A stretch of 64,000 nt of DNA. It comes from a virus. The position numbers were made by a program, and so were the translations under genes. Of the stretch, positions 53,853 through 62,760 are shown in pieces. Numbering within the stretch: the first letter of the stretch is position 1; each line of letters opens with the position of its first letter. Location: IMG/VR virus record IMGVR_UViG_3300037068_000078, positions 1 through 64,000 of that record; one strand, written 5' to 3'. A model generated the notes under the pieces. The model saw only the letters and a program-made list of their open reading frames with translations. It was not told the DNA's origin and ran no database searches.

Positions 53853-54053
53853 ATGAAGTTTCGCAAGGTTGGGCGCGCACCGCGTGCCACACGCAAGCAA
53901 ATGGGTCTAGCACCTGTAGCCACGGTTCAGCATGTGAAGCAGGAGCTGAGCAAACTTCGCCGCCTGCGCACACTTGGTTACGCTACGCAGTACGGTCGCA
54001 TCGAGGAGCTCGAGAGCTTCATCGAGACCAATGGCGCTTCACACGGGTACTGA
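53853..54053 (+). CDS. Hypothetical early protein
   Basis: SD AGGAG. Confidence 0.6.
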   Translation: MKFRKVGRAPRATRKQMGLAPVATVQHVKQELSKLRRLRTLGYATQYGRIEELESFIETNGASHGY

Positions 54054-54063
54054 GGAGATCGCA

Positions 54064-54246
54064 ATGTCCGACAAGTTCATGCAGGCATACGTCAACGGCA
54101 AGCGGCTCGCAGCACTGCGCGCCCATCCTAAGTTCGAGGCGCTGCGGCAGGACACCTTGCGCCTGCAGCGCGAGGCGCTCGACAAGGCGCGCAGCGCCAT
54201 CACCAAGGTTGAACCCAAGCAACGTGACCTGAGGAGGGAACCATGA
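54064..54246 (+). CDS. Hypothetical early protein
   Basis: SD GAGGAG. Confidence 0.6.
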   Translation: MSDKFMQAYVNGKRLAALRAHPKFEALRQDTLRLQREALDKARSAITKVEPKQRDLRREP

Positions 54247-54512
54247 GGCAGCTAGGCAAGGCAGTCGGCATCCTATTGGCGTTTGACCGGTTGAGCGATG
54301 CACAGTTCGAAGACTTGCACGCGTTCCACGCGCCGAGTGAATGCTACGGCGACGTTGAGCACGGTTTGCGCCGTCGCTTCCGCACTGTGCGGCGACACGC
54401 CTGCCACGTGGCGGGCTGCAAGAACCTCGCGCAGCTGCGCAGGGCAGTCATCAAGGTGTGTCCCACGTGGGACCGCTACAATCACCACCGTCTCGGCATC
54501 AGCGTTATCTAA
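54243..54512 (+). CDS. Hypothetical early protein
   Basis: ATGA coupling; SD GGAGG. Confidence 0.6.
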   Translation: MRQLGKAVGILLAFDRLSDAQFEDLHAFHAPSECYGDVEHGLRRRFRTVRRHACHVAGCKNLAQLRRAVIKVCPTWDRYNHHRLGISVI

Positions 54513-54513
54513 G

Positions 54514-54566
54514 AGTTCATCGACGAGCGCCGTTGCGTGCGGCGCTCCACGATGCACTTACGCATC
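54514..54566 (+). repeat. 53-bp intergenic hairpin repeat, copy 1
   Basis: Identical to 55253-55305. Confidence 0.9.
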
Positions 54567-54591
54567 TCAACCGCAAACTGGAGTTCACAAC

Positions 54592-55254
54592 ATGGCTCGC
54601 AAGCGCTTCGCATTCGACGTCAAGGCCGCGATCAAGGCAGCGTGGGACTACTGCTGGGCAAACAACATCAAGACCCGCGCCAACGGGGACCACTACCGCC
54701 CGTCGACGACCTACTACCTCACCTCCTCAGACATCGAGGCGCAGGTGCGGCGCTTCGCCGAGGAGACCGCAGCTGGTAAGCAGTGGGGCAGCACGGGCCG
54801 CGCCTACGGCAAGGGATACTCGACCGTGCGGCTCTCGGGCAACCTGCTCGGTGCGGTGCGCGACTGGCTGCATGAGGAGTGCTACAGGGGGCGCATCGTT
54901 GCCCACAACTTCGGCAAGGGGCACATCTCCGGGCAGCGCTACCGCCCAGCTGGCGAGCCGGTGAGCGAAGTCGAGCAGCGCACGTTCGACGCCAAGGCCA
55001 AGCGGGCGGCCACGCCGCGCCCGGTGCACCTCTACTGCGGGCACGAGCAGCGCAAGCGCTTCCTGTGCGCGCAGGTGAAGAAGCCCTCGTTCCGCGTGCC
55101 GCGCTCGCAGGCACGCTGCACCAGCGATGCTGCGAAGGTCACCTGCCCGCGCTGCATCAAGCTAATGCGCGACAAGGACGGCAAGCCAGCGGCGGGCACA
55201 CCCGGCCCGCAGCTGCTCACCGACATCTTCAACAATAGCTTTGGCAGAGGCTAG
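54592..55254 (+). CDS. Hypothetical protein with a C-terminal Cys/His cluster
   Basis: SD GGAG; H..C...C...VTCPRC. Confidence 0.7.
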   Translation: MARKRFAFDVKAAIKAAWDYCWANNIKTRANGDHYRPSTTYYLTSSDIEAQVRRFAEETAAGKQWGSTGRAYGKGYSTVRLSGNLLGAVRDWLHEECYRGRIVAHNFGKGHISGQRYRPAGEPVSEVEQRTFDAKAKRAATPRPVHLYCGHEQRKRFLCAQVKKPSFRVPRSQARCTSDAAKVTCPRCIKLMRDKDGKPAAGTPGPQLLTDIFNNSFGRG

Positions 55255-55305
55255 TTCATCGACGAGCGCCGTTGCGTGCGGCGCTCCACGATGCACTTAC
55301 GCATC
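55253..55305 (+). repeat. 53-bp intergenic hairpin repeat, copy 2
   Basis: Identical to 54514-54566. Confidence 0.9.
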
Positions 55306-55325
55306 AACTGCAAATGGAGGACTAC

Positions 55326-55700
55326 ATGCGTGACAAGATCAAGGTCAATGTCTACACCAATCGCGACGCCATCGAGGTTGCCTTCTCCGCGCGTTGGGTC
55401 ATCTGCTCGGCATGCGAGGGATGCGCCACCGATCGCGGCCGCAGCGTCGAGTGCGACGGCGGTGGGTTCACGTCCAGCGAGTGGGCCGAGCAAGACGACG
55501 AGTTCAAGCAGGACTACTTGGCGGGCCGCTACGACCGGCCATGCACGTACTGCAACGGCTTGGGGCGCGTGCAGGAGATCGACGAGGAGCAGGTGCAGGG
55601 CTGGCGCGAGAAGATCCTGTACAAGGAGTACTGCAGGCAGCTGCAGGACAACTACGACATCGACGCGATGCAGGCCGCAGAGCGGAGGATGGGAGCATGA
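55326..55700 (+). CDS. Zn-finger protein (DnaJ-type CxxCxG)
   Basis: CSACEG...CTYCNGLG; SD GGAGG. Confidence 0.7.
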   Translation: MRDKIKVNVYTNRDAIEVAFSARWVICSACEGCATDRGRSVECDGGGFTSSEWAEQDDEFKQDYLAGRYDRPCTYCNGLGRVQEIDEEQVQGWREKILYKEYCRQLQDNYDIDAMQAAERRMGA

Positions 55701-55909
55701 ACGCGTACCAACGGTTCCTCGCCGAGATCGCTCGGTCGCACGACGGTGACATCGAGATCACCGGGATGCTGCGCTACGCCTGCGGCACGCTCGTACTGTT
55801 CAAGCGCGAGTACCGCAGCGCCAGCTTCGGCGACCAGCTGGAGCACCGCGTTGCCTTCTTCCGCGTGGAGAACAACGTGGCCCACAAGGTGTGGGACCAC
55901 ATCGCCTGA
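55697..55909 (+). CDS. Hypothetical protein
   Basis: ATGA coupling. Confidence 0.6.
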   Translation: MNAYQRFLAEIARSHDGDIEITGMLRYACGTLVLFKREYRSASFGDQLEHRVAFFRVENNVAHKVWDHIA

Positions 55910-55935
55910 TCAACAGCAACACGGAGTTACAAGTC

Positions 55936-56562
55936 ATGATCGAGAAACTTACCAAGGCACAGGAGCGCGTCAAGACGGCGCTGGCCTGCCTCATCAAGGA
56001 GAAGCATCCGGTGGCCCGCGCGGTGGAACCGCTGCGCGAGGCCGCAGTCGAGCGCGCTGCGGAATATGCACGTGAGCAGGTGGCGGCGGTGCGCAAGGAA
56101 CTGAAGGCTGCGGGCAACGACCTCAACGTGTGCGCGCCATACCCGCGCAGCGGCTCGCTGAGCAGAAACGATTGGCTCCACGCGCATCGCAAGTACACGC
56201 TCTTCGGCGCGCTGTGCAAGTGGCGCAAGTCCACGATCTCTATGAACGAGCCGCGTCTCGCGGACGTCGACCCCGAGCTAGTGAAGCGCTTCATCGACGA
56301 GGCCAAGAAGGACGCGGCCTGGGAGTACGATGCCTTCATCGTCAAGCTGTGTCGCAAGGTCAACGAATACGGCCCGTGCAAGCGGGCGAAGGTTGCTGAC
56401 GACAACACCAACGTGTGGGGTCGCAGCTACCTCTACGTCACGCTGGCAACCGGCGAGGAGCAGGCATGGCTCACGCAGCAGATCATCAACGTCTCCAAGC
56501 TGGGACGTCCCTTTAACCAGTGGCCCACGCGGCTCATGAAGAACCACTATGTGCCAGCTTAG
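55936..56562 (+). CDS. Hypothetical protein
   Basis: SD GGAG; C-terminal INVSKLGRPFNQWPTR. Confidence 0.7.
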   Translation: MIEKLTKAQERVKTALACLIKEKHPVARAVEPLREAAVERAAEYAREQVAAVRKELKAAGNDLNVCAPYPRSGSLSRNDWLHAHRKYTLFGALCKWRKSTISMNEPRLADVDPELVKRFIDEAKKDAAWEYDAFIVKLCRKVNEYGPCKRAKVADDNTNVWGRSYLYVTLATGEEQAWLTQQIINVSKLGRPFNQWPTRLMKNHYVPA

Positions 56563-56649
56563 CATCCTACTACTTCGCGTCCCCCCGCTCATGGCGGGGG
56601 GCTTCATCATCGCCCTCGCAATCGGGGGATGGATCGCAGGAGGACTACA

Positions 56650-57027
56650 ATGAAGGCTCGAAAGCAATTGGCTGCGGTGCTCGACGCCGCGCAGTACACG
56701 TCCCTGAAGGGACAGGAGGTTCGCTTCGGTCGCTACGTGGTGAAGGTGGACACCTATACCCGCAGCGGTCAGTCGGGCAGCTGGGGCACTGGCTTCAAGT
56801 TCAGCACGATGACGTACGGCGTGCTGACCCGCAGGCACCCGGACAAGTTGGGTTGGCGCTTGTACAGCGCGAACCACGGCGCGACGTGGCACGAGCAACT
56901 CAAGATGGCCCTGCGCGCCAAGGGCAAGGTCATACTGAAGCGCGAGCGCCGCAAGGAGTTCGCGTTCGACAGCATCCAGAAAATCAACCGGGACTATTAC
57001 GGTTCCAGCTACCAGTGGAGGCGGTGA
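56650..57027 (+). CDS. Hypothetical basic protein
   Basis: SD AGGAGG. Confidence 0.65.
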   Translation: MKARKQLAAVLDAAQYTSLKGQEVRFGRYVVKVDTYTRSGQSGSWGTGFKFSTMTYGVLTRRHPDKLGWRLYSANHGATWHEQLKMALRAKGKVILKRERRKEFAFDSIQKINRDYYGSSYQWRR

Positions 57028-57365
57028 TGGTTGAGGTCTACGTTGTAAGCACGATGGGCACGCTGTTCCTGGTGTCGATCGCGGTAGTCTACCTCGCTCG
57101 ACGCGCGTTGTTAGAGAAGGGCTACGTGCTGGAAGAGCAAGTCAACGAGAACTGGCGCGTGCACCGCGCCCAAGTGGGAGGGATCATGAAGCAGGTATCG
57201 CAGGACAAGTGGCGCGATGGCGTCAAGTTCCTGGCGGGGCTGGGCGTTGGCCCCACGCTCACGCTTGAGGAGCAGATCGCACTGAAGAAGCGCATGCTCG
57301 ATCGTGGCATGTCGGATCAGGAAGCAGCAGTGACGCTACACAGCATGGGATGGATACGCAGATGA
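57027..57365 (+). CDS. Membrane-anchored hypothetical protein
   Basis: TGATG coupling; N-terminal TM helix. Confidence 0.6.
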   Translation: MVEVYVVSTMGTLFLVSIAVVYLARRALLEKGYVLEEQVNENWRVHRAQVGGIMKQVSQDKWRDGVKFLAGLGVGPTLTLEEQIALKKRMLDRGMSDQEAAVTLHSMGWIRR

Positions 57366-57553
57366 GCAGGATCAACACCGTGCGACCCTGCCCGTGCGGC
57401 AGCGGCCTTCCCAGCGTGTGGCGCAACGACGCGCGGGGCATCCCGCTGTGCCGCACCTGCACCAAGTGCCACGTGGAGCGCATGCGCGGTTACCGCGCCG
57501 ACGTGCTGACGAACCCGGATTACGAGGCCACAGAGGCCATCGACGAGGATTAG
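57362..57553 (+). CDS. SEC-C-like Zn-binding small protein
   Basis: RPCPCGSG...DARGI...C.KC. Confidence 0.7.
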   Translation: MSRINTVRPCPCGSGLPSVWRNDARGIPLCRTCTKCHVERMRGYRADVLTNPDYEATEAIDED

Positions 57554-57839
57554 GAGCGGAGCACTCCCAAGGCGAAGCCGCTGTAACAACGGTCGCAGGT
57601 GGTTAGAAACATTTGCCCACCACACAGGACATCGTTCCCGGCTCTGCTCCTAGTCGCCATCACGTCAAGGGTGGCGACACCATGACCAAACGGGTGAAAC
57701 GGTGTAAGTTACACTGCTGCTGCGGCCCCGCGTGGCCGCTGTAGTGTGAGAGTTAGTCCTCCCACTCTGCGCTTCGTGTGTGTATTTTCACGAAGCGCAG
57801 CAGGGAGCACTTCCGCTCCTTTTAGAAAAGAGGAATACC
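57551..57839 (+). ncRNA. Candidate structured leader or ncRNA
   Basis: Five consecutive stems, including 12-bp helices 57551-62/57641-52 and 57767-78/57789-800. Confidence 0.5.
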
Positions 57840-58079
57840 ATGGCTACCAAGAAGACTGCAGCGTCTCGCCGGGTCAGCAACGATGTCAAGATCACCGTCG
57901 TGAAGAAGGAGAACCCCTTCGTCGACGGCACGCACCGCGCCAAGATGGCGAAGTACGTGCTGACGCACAACGGCAAGACCTACGGCGAGTTGAAGGACGC
58001 GTCGAAGGGGCTGGTCGACAGCTGGATCATCCGCCAGCTGGCTGACCGCAAGCTCATCAAGGTAAGGACCGCAGCCTAA
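57840..58079 (+). CDS. Small basic protein (paralog of the C-terminal domain of 60431-61054)
   Basis: SD GAGGA; shared NPF..GT.RAK...YVL...G.T.G.LK..S.GLVD.W.IRQ. Confidence 0.75.
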   Translation: MATKKTAASRRVSNDVKITVVKKENPFVDGTHRAKMAKYVLTHNGKTYGELKDASKGLVDSWIIRQLADRKLIKVRTAA

Positions 58080-58236
58080 CGTCCCGCATTCCCAATCCAT
58101 CACCTGATTGTGTAATGCGTAGGCGCTAGACTGGGGGCGGGACGGCGCGGCAATTTCGTGCGGCGTTGTGGACACGCTGGATCGCGCGGAGTTCGCGTCG
58201 TCCCTGCTTACCCTTTACCCACTGGAGAATGAACCA

Positions 58237-59244
58237 ATGACCGCAGATGTTGATCCGAAATTGATAAGCCGCGTGCGCAAGCTGCTCGCCATGGCGAACG
58301 GCGCTGGTGCCTCGCAGGCCGAGGCGGAGTTCGCCGCTGAGCGTGCACGCGAGATGATGGCCGAGCACGGCATGACCATTGCCACCCTGGAGGCGGGCGG
58401 CGGGCAGGGCGAGGGCCGCGCCAAGAGGAAGACCACCGGGCTCTCGGTGAAGGAGTGGCAGCGCGGTATCATGTATGCGCTGGCCCAGCAGAGCTTCGTG
58501 ACCGCGTTCTACGAGGACCGCAGGGACCGCACGGGCGGCCACTGGGATCTCATCGGCCGCGAGAGCGCGGTGGTGACGTGCCAGCTGATGCACGTGTACC
58601 TAGTGAAGACCGTGCTGCGCACCACCCGCGAGACCTACGGTGGCAAGTACGACGAAGTCTTCATGAAGGCCATGGGCGAGCGCATTGCCGAGCGCATCGA
58701 GGAGCGGCACGATGCCGCCATGTATGCGCAGAAGCAGGAGGCCGCAGCGCGACAGGCGCACGCTAACTCACACCCTGGCACCAATGCACTGGTGGTCGTG
58801 CTGGAGGACTTCGCGGCGAAGGAGGCGGACCTCAACAATGACCTAGCGAACGGCTGGGCACCGGGCACCACGGCGCGCAGGCGCGAGGAGGAGCTACGCG
58901 AGCAGGAGGCACAGGCCGCCAAGAAACAGAAGCGCCGCGAGGAGCTACGTGCGGCGGGTCTCGAGCACGACGTCGTCGAGCTCATGCTGTACGGCTACAG
59001 CGAGCAGCAAGCGCTCAAGATACTGCGAGCGTCGGAGGAGCCCAAGGAGACGGAGGAGGAACGTGCCAAGCGCAAGGCACGTGCGGAGCGCGAGCGCCGC
59101 ATATACGAGGAGCGCGAGGACAGGAGACGCGAGCGTGCGGCACGTTTGTATAACTCGTCCAGCTTCAGGGCTGGGCGGGCTGCGGGCGATAACGTGGGGC
59201 TGGATACCCAAGTGAACCAGCGCGAAGTGAAGAAGTTGACCTGA
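58237..59244 (+). CDS. DUF2786-domain protein
   Basis: RVRKLLAMA....S.AEAE.A..RA..MM..HG; SD GGAG. Confidence 0.8.
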   Translation: MTADVDPKLISRVRKLLAMANGAGASQAEAEFAAERAREMMAEHGMTIATLEAGGGQGEGRAKRKTTGLSVKEWQRGIMYALAQQSFVTAFYEDRRDRTGGHWDLIGRESAVVTCQLMHVYLVKTVLRTTRETYGGKYDEVFMKAMGERIAERIEERHDAAMYAQKQEAAARQAHANSHPGTNALVVVLEDFAAKEADLNNDLANGWAPGTTARRREEELREQEAQAAKKQKRREELRAAGLEHDVVELMLYGYSEQQALKILRASEEPKETEEERAKRKARAERERRIYEEREDRRRERAARLYNSSSFRAGRAAGDNVGLDTQVNQREVKKLT

Positions 59245-59298
59245 GTTGCGTGCGTAACTGAACCATCCAACAGCAAACAAAACTGGGAGCATATCGAA

Positions 59299-59592
59299 AT
59301 GTGCTATCAATACGACGTCACCATAGCAGGCACCAAGAACTCCGAACCCGAGCGCATGGTCATCATCGTGCACGCCATGACCAAGGACGGTGCGCGCGAC
59401 GAGGCACTGGACGAGGCCGCCAAGTACGGCGTCACCAGCTGCAACATCCACAAGATCGTGAACCGTGGCATCAGCAACGGGTTCCAGTGGCTACCTGCCA
59501 AGCAACACAGCTACGAGGACAAGAAGCTGCGCGCCAAGCAACCGCGCACGACGGGCAAGAAGGCGCGCAAGGCCGCGCTGACGGTGTCGTGA
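59299..59592 (+). CDS. Hypothetical protein
   Basis: SD GGGAG. Confidence 0.6.
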   Translation: MCYQYDVTIAGTKNSEPERMVIIVHAMTKDGARDEALDEAAKYGVTSCNIHKIVNRGISNGFQWLPAKQHSYEDKKLRAKQPRTTGKKARKAALTVS

Positions 59593-59762
59593 TGCACACG
59601 TGGTTCAGCATGGTCCTGCCGCCCAAGCGCCGCAAGCGCAGGCGCGGCAGGCACATGGCGCACAAGGAGACGCGGCGGGCAGAGGCCCGTCGCAGTGCGC
59701 GCTACTACAATCGCCGCGTGAAGATGCACTGGCTGCTCAGCGAGGGCGACCAATGTGGGTAA
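59592..59762 (+). CDS. Small Arg-rich protein
   Basis: TGATG coupling. Confidence 0.45.
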   Translation: MHTWFSMVLPPKRRKRRRGRHMAHKETRRAEARRSARYYNRRVKMHWLLSEGDQCG

Positions 59763-60004
59763 AGATCACAGGTAGTCCAAGCGTGGGCCTGGAGGCTCAG
59801 CACTTGCTGCGCTGGCACGGCAGGCCAGTGGCGACGATCAAGCGCCGCGCCCACGCTTGGGAGTGCTCCCTTTTGGAGCTATCATGTCTAGGTGCCCGAC
59901 CAGTCGAGCACCCGCTTTCACACTCGTTGAGCGAAGTGCAGCAATTGTGCGAACACGCGCTAACGGCAATGGGCTGGAGCCCGGTGGAGTTACGCCATGG
60001 ATGA
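59753..60004 (+). CDS. Hypothetical protein
   Basis: SD GAGGG; overlaps its neighbours. Confidence 0.5.
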   Translation: MWVKITGSPSVGLEAQHLLRWHGRPVATIKRRAHAWECSLLELSCLGARPVEHPLSHSLSEVQQLCEHALTAMGWSPVELRHG

Positions 60005-60434
60005 GAAGGCTTTCAAGGCACGCGAGGAGCACTATCGCGAGCGCATGCGTAAGGCAGGCTACAAGGTGACGGATGAGGACATGACCTACATCCGAGAGCT
60101 CGAGGAGCGCATCGGCCCCGACCCGTTCATGCGCGTGCAGACTAGCTTGGTGATGGGCATGATGTCCATCGCTCTCGCCAAGAAGCGCGCGATGGTGAGC
60201 GACGATGTGCTGTTGGACATCGCGGGCAAGCTGGCGGCGGATGCCATGCTGCGCATACTCATGGACGCAGTGGTGGGTGTGCTCAAGGTCGTGAAAGAGC
60301 ACAAAGACGATGGTGCCACGATAGAGAACGTGCTCGCGGCCAACTATCTGCAGTGGCACCGCGAGCAGCAAGCAGAGAACGTGCACCTGCAGAACATGCT
60401 CATCCTCATCTGCCCGGAGGAGATCAAGGAATGA
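59997..60434 (+). CDS. Hypothetical protein
   Basis: SD GGAG. Confidence 0.65.
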   Translation: MDEKAFKAREEHYRERMRKAGYKVTDEDMTYIRELEERIGPDPFMRVQTSLVMGMMSIALAKKRAMVSDDVLLDIAGKLAADAMLRILMDAVVGVLKVVKEHKDDGATIENVLAANYLQWHREQQAENVHLQNMLILICPEEIKE

Positions 60435-61054
60435 GCGAGAAGATCAATTGGGTGAACGTGCGCGCCCTGCAGATCGAGGGCATGCACGGCGGCCACATGC
60501 TGCGCATCAAGCAATCGGTGGGCGCACCCAACGGCCCCGGTGCGTTCTGGTACTGCTACCGCAACGGGCAGTATCTCGGCATCGAGCACACGCTGGAGCT
60601 CGCAAAGGAGCGGTCCATGTCGGGCCGCATGCGGATGCCAGCCAGTGAGCTTGAGGAATGCCTGCAGCGCTACGGCAAGGATCTTCCCCCCGGCCTCCTG
60701 GCCTCGGAGAAGGCGCGCTTGGCCGAGTGGAAGAAGAACCCCGCCAGCAAGGCTCCCAAGAAGGTGCCCGAGGTGAGCGGGGGGAAGGAGAAGGTACAGG
60801 CTGCGAAGCCAGCTGCACCAGCGCCACAGGCCAAGCCGGGTGTGGTGAAGACGCGGTCGATCGACGGGCAAACCGTGGTCGTGAAGTCCCGGACCAACCC
60901 CTTCACCAAGGGGACGGACCGGGCGAAGAAGATAGGCTACGTGCTGGACCGCGACGGTCACACGGTGGGCCAGCTTAAGAAGGAGAGCGAGGGGCTCGTC
61001 GATGGCTGGACCATACGCCAGTGCATCGAGCGCGGGCTCGTCGAGCTCAAGTGA
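60431..61054 (+). CDS. Two-domain protein; C-terminal domain paralogous to 57840-58079
   Basis: ATGA coupling; K/P/A-rich linker. Confidence 0.7.
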   Translation: MSEKINWVNVRALQIEGMHGGHMLRIKQSVGAPNGPGAFWYCYRNGQYLGIEHTLELAKERSMSGRMRMPASELEECLQRYGKDLPPGLLASEKARLAEWKKNPASKAPKKVPEVSGGKEKVQAAKPAAPAPQAKPGVVKTRSIDGQTVVVKSRTNPFTKGTDRAKKIGYVLDRDGHTVGQLKKESEGLVDGWTIRQCIERGLVELK

Positions 61055-61269
61055 TCGCCGTAGTAGCCTACGACGATGAGGCAAGGTCGGTGACCGTCGG
61101 AGTTGACGGCCGCCGTTATGAGTACGGGTTGGGAGACGCGTACCACGTGGCTCGGGCCGAGCTACACAAGCTGAGGCGTGCCCCTGGGCGACAGCTGAAC
61201 TGGCTGAAGCGCAGGGGCAGGCTCATGGGGAAGTGGGGAACAAATGGAGAAGCGAACGTCTTGGGTTGA
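61051..61269 (+). CDS. KTSC-like small protein
   Basis: I..VAYD.....VTV...G.RYEY...PG..LN pattern. Confidence 0.45.
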   Translation: MIAVVAYDDEARSVTVGVDGRRYEYGLGDAYHVARAELHKLRRAPGRQLNWLKRRGRLMGKWGTNGEANVLG

Positions 61270-61390
61270 TCTTACGTTCTGGTTGATTATCATACTGGTG
61301 CTGGCGAACGCAGTGTCCGTCAGCACCGTCATTTCACTTAGCCTGTTCATGGACAGGCAGCAAACAATGGAGGAAGTTAGTAATGAGTGA
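61244..61390 (+). CDS. 48-aa membrane peptide
   Basis: Single TM helix; overlaps its neighbours. Confidence 0.45.
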   Translation: MEKRTSWVDLTFWLIIILVLANAVSVSTVISLSLFMDRQQTMEEVSNE

Positions 61391-62069
61391 TGGAGCAATC
61401 ATCTTGCTTGCGCTGTTCGCCCTGCCCACGGCGATAGCTGTTATGCGTGGGCACCAAAGCGTGCTGGCTATCGCGTTCATCAACGCGTTCGGCTTCGTGC
61501 TCTCGCTTTACTTCACGCCGCTGGCGGGGCTGGCGGGCTGGCTGATTGCTATGGTGTGGGCGCTCGCAGCCGTGCGGCGTCGGCGCAGGCTGAGCGCCCT
61601 GCAGCGGTGGGAGGGCAAGCGCGTGGTGATCTGGTTCGCGTTGATGATGGTGCTGACCGGGGCCTCTCAAGCGTGGGCGGCAGCACCTGGATATGAACTC
61701 GACTGTGACGCCCCTAGCGTCATGATTGGTGACGATACCCGTGACGACCCGGTAATTGGTGTGCGCATATTCTACACGCCAGATGAACACGCGTGGCGCG
61801 TTCTGCACGTGATGTCCACCGGGCTCATCGTCTCGCGTGGTGCGCAGTACGGCATCATGGACGCCACCAACGACCATCGCGTGCAGTGGCAGGGCGCGTT
61901 GATACGCAAGCCGAGCATCTACATGATCGGCGAGCTACAGCGCGGCAAGGACGGCGGTGTCTCGTACATGGAGTGGATCTATGACCGCGCTAAGAACAAC
62001 GCGCTCGTCATGCAGTCCATCGCCAAGTGCTTCAAGCCGACCCCGCCGCTGCCACGACCTACGATGTGA
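61383..62069 (+). CDS. Superinfection-immunity (Imm-like) domain fused to an exported beta domain
   Basis: LPTAIA..RGH....I..IN......GWL.A.VWAL, then a second signal-like helix ending AWA. Confidence 0.6.
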   Translation: MSDGAIILLALFALPTAIAVMRGHQSVLAIAFINAFGFVLSLYFTPLAGLAGWLIAMVWALAAVRRRRRLSALQRWEGKRVVIWFALMMVLTGASQAWAAAPGYELDCDAPSVMIGDDTRDDPVIGVRIFYTPDEHAWRVLHVMSTGLIVSRGAQYGIMDATNDHRVQWQGALIRKPSIYMIGELQRGKDGGVSYMEWIYDRAKNNALVMQSIAKCFKPTPPLPRPTM

Positions 62070-62079
62070 GGAACCAGTG

Positions 62080-62292
62080 ATGAGAGAAATGCGGGAGCCG
62101 ACAGTCACCATCAATGGCAAGGAGTTAACCAGCGCGCAGGCACTAACACTGCGCGTTGGCCTCAACATCTTTCTCATGGGCCTCAAGGAGCTTCAGCTCG
62201 GTGGCACGCTCGAGAACGGGTATCGTCAACGTGGCATCGAGGTGCTCACGATGATGCTCGAGACACCGCAGGAGTTGGGCAGCCATGGATGA
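62080..62292 (+). CDS. Hypothetical protein
   Basis: SD GAGGA. Confidence 0.6.
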   Translation: MREMREPTVTINGKELTSAQALTLRVGLNIFLMGLKELQLGGTLENGYRQRGIEVLTMMLETPQELGSHG

Positions 62293-62389
62293 AGTATTCC
62301 AGTGGGTCATCTTCGCGTTGCTGGTGCTGTTCGTCGTGAGCGCGGTAGGCGTGCACGTTGCACAGCGGATCAAGCGCAGGCAGCCCTGA
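62285..62389 (+). CDS. 34-aa membrane peptide
   Basis: TM helix; TGATG coupling to the next gene. Confidence 0.45.
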   Translation: MDEVFQWVIFALLVLFVVSAVGVHVAQRIKRRQP

Positions 62390-62760
62390 TGCCCAAGTTC
62401 CACGTGGGGCAGGAGGTCGTCTGCATCAACGACGACTTCTCTAAGATGCTCAAGATGTACAGCCTGCTCAACCTGCCCGGCTTCAACCTGCCGCGCAGGG
62501 GCAACCTGTACGTGGTGCGCGACTACGTGATACACGGCAAGTTCCCGGCGATCGTGGTCATGGAGTTGCACAACCCCATCATCCCGTACATGGATGACAT
62601 CTGGCGTGAGGCTGGCTTCTGGGATGAGCGCTTCGAGCCGCGCACCAAGCGCACAGTAAACGAGATGCTAACCAAGGCGCTGAGCGCGCCGTGGCAAGAT
62701 CCATACTTCGACGAAGCCGATCCAATGGTGGATCCGGTGCATCAAGGAGAAGATGCGTGA
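62389..62760 (+). CDS. Hypothetical protein
   Basis: FHVGQEVVCIND...G..Y.V...RF.P pattern. Confidence 0.65.
   Translation: MPKFHVGQEVVCINDDFSKMLKMYSLLNLPGFNLPRRGNLYVVRDYVIHGKFPAIVVMELHNPIIPYMDDIWREAGFWDERFEPRTKRTVNEMLTKALSAPWQDPYFDEADPMVDPVHQGEDA

Noticed and set aside
54514-55305. CRISPR array or attL/attR sites
   Set aside because: Only two copies, 739 bp apart, flanking a gene; no cas or integrase genes.
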